From Basidiobolus meristosporus CBS 931.73 (Eukaryota; Fungi; Basidiobolomycota), in contig MCFE01000029.1 in assembly GCA_002104905.1 (NCBI GenBank), positions 162,335 to 226,334 of the forward strand: a stretch of DNA of 64,000 nt. Direction: 5' to 3'. The notes under the pieces were generated by a model. That model did not search any database and was not told where the DNA came from. It saw only the letters and a program-made list of their open reading frames with translations. Below are positions 63,802 through 64,000 of this stretch, in pieces (position 1 is the stretch's first letter; each line of letters begins with the position of its first letter). The position numbers and the translations under genes are program-made.

Positions 63802-64000
63802 GGGTTAGGGTTAGGGTTAGGGTTAGGGTTAGGGTTAGGGTTAGGGTTAGGGTTAGGGTTAGGGTTAGGGTTAGGTTAGGGTTAGGGTTAGGGTTAGGGT
63901 TAGGGTTAGGGTTAGGGTTAGGGTTAGGGTTAGGGTTAGGGTTAGGGTTAGGGTTAGGGTTAGGGTTAGGGTTAGGGTTAGGGTTAGGGTTAGGGTTAGG
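63802..64000 (+). repeat. Telomere (TTAGGG)n
   Basis: About 33 repeats to the window end, with one TTAGG variant near 63871. Confidence 0.98.

Noticed and set aside
1-64000. tRNA or rRNA genes
   Set aside because: GTTCGA-like hits fall in CDS or introns without cloverleaf context, and no rRNA signature was seen.

Overview
This window is the right-hand end of a chromosome from an intron-containing, early-diverging fungus. TTAGGG telomere, ERMES MDM34, ferritin, GH46 chitosanase and fused urease point there; Basidiobolus-like Zoopagomycota is my inference, not a verified assignment. Positions 1-55.6 kb hold about 15 host genes, several decayed genes, a tandem family of secreted Gly/Lys/Asp/His/Tyr-repeat proteins and at least 9 copies or fragments of a ~331-bp solo-LTR-like repeat. 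The last 7.2 kb reads as a layered record of chromosome breakage and capping. A solo LTR is cut at 56883 and continues directly into (TTAGGG)2 plus the 3' end of an APE-RT LINE, which is nearly CpG-free and has an intact ORF2. That LINE is 5'-truncated just upstream of a UGA-CUA stop. It is followed by a second (TTAGGG)2 plus a related LINE 3' end, then a Ty3/gypsy element that is itself cut before its integrase and capped by the current telomere. The top candidate for an undescribed system is a LINE family whose RNA ends in a conserved stem-loop plus (CCCUAA)2 and that attaches to broken chromosome ends. All coordinates and splice models were read by eye; no searches were run.
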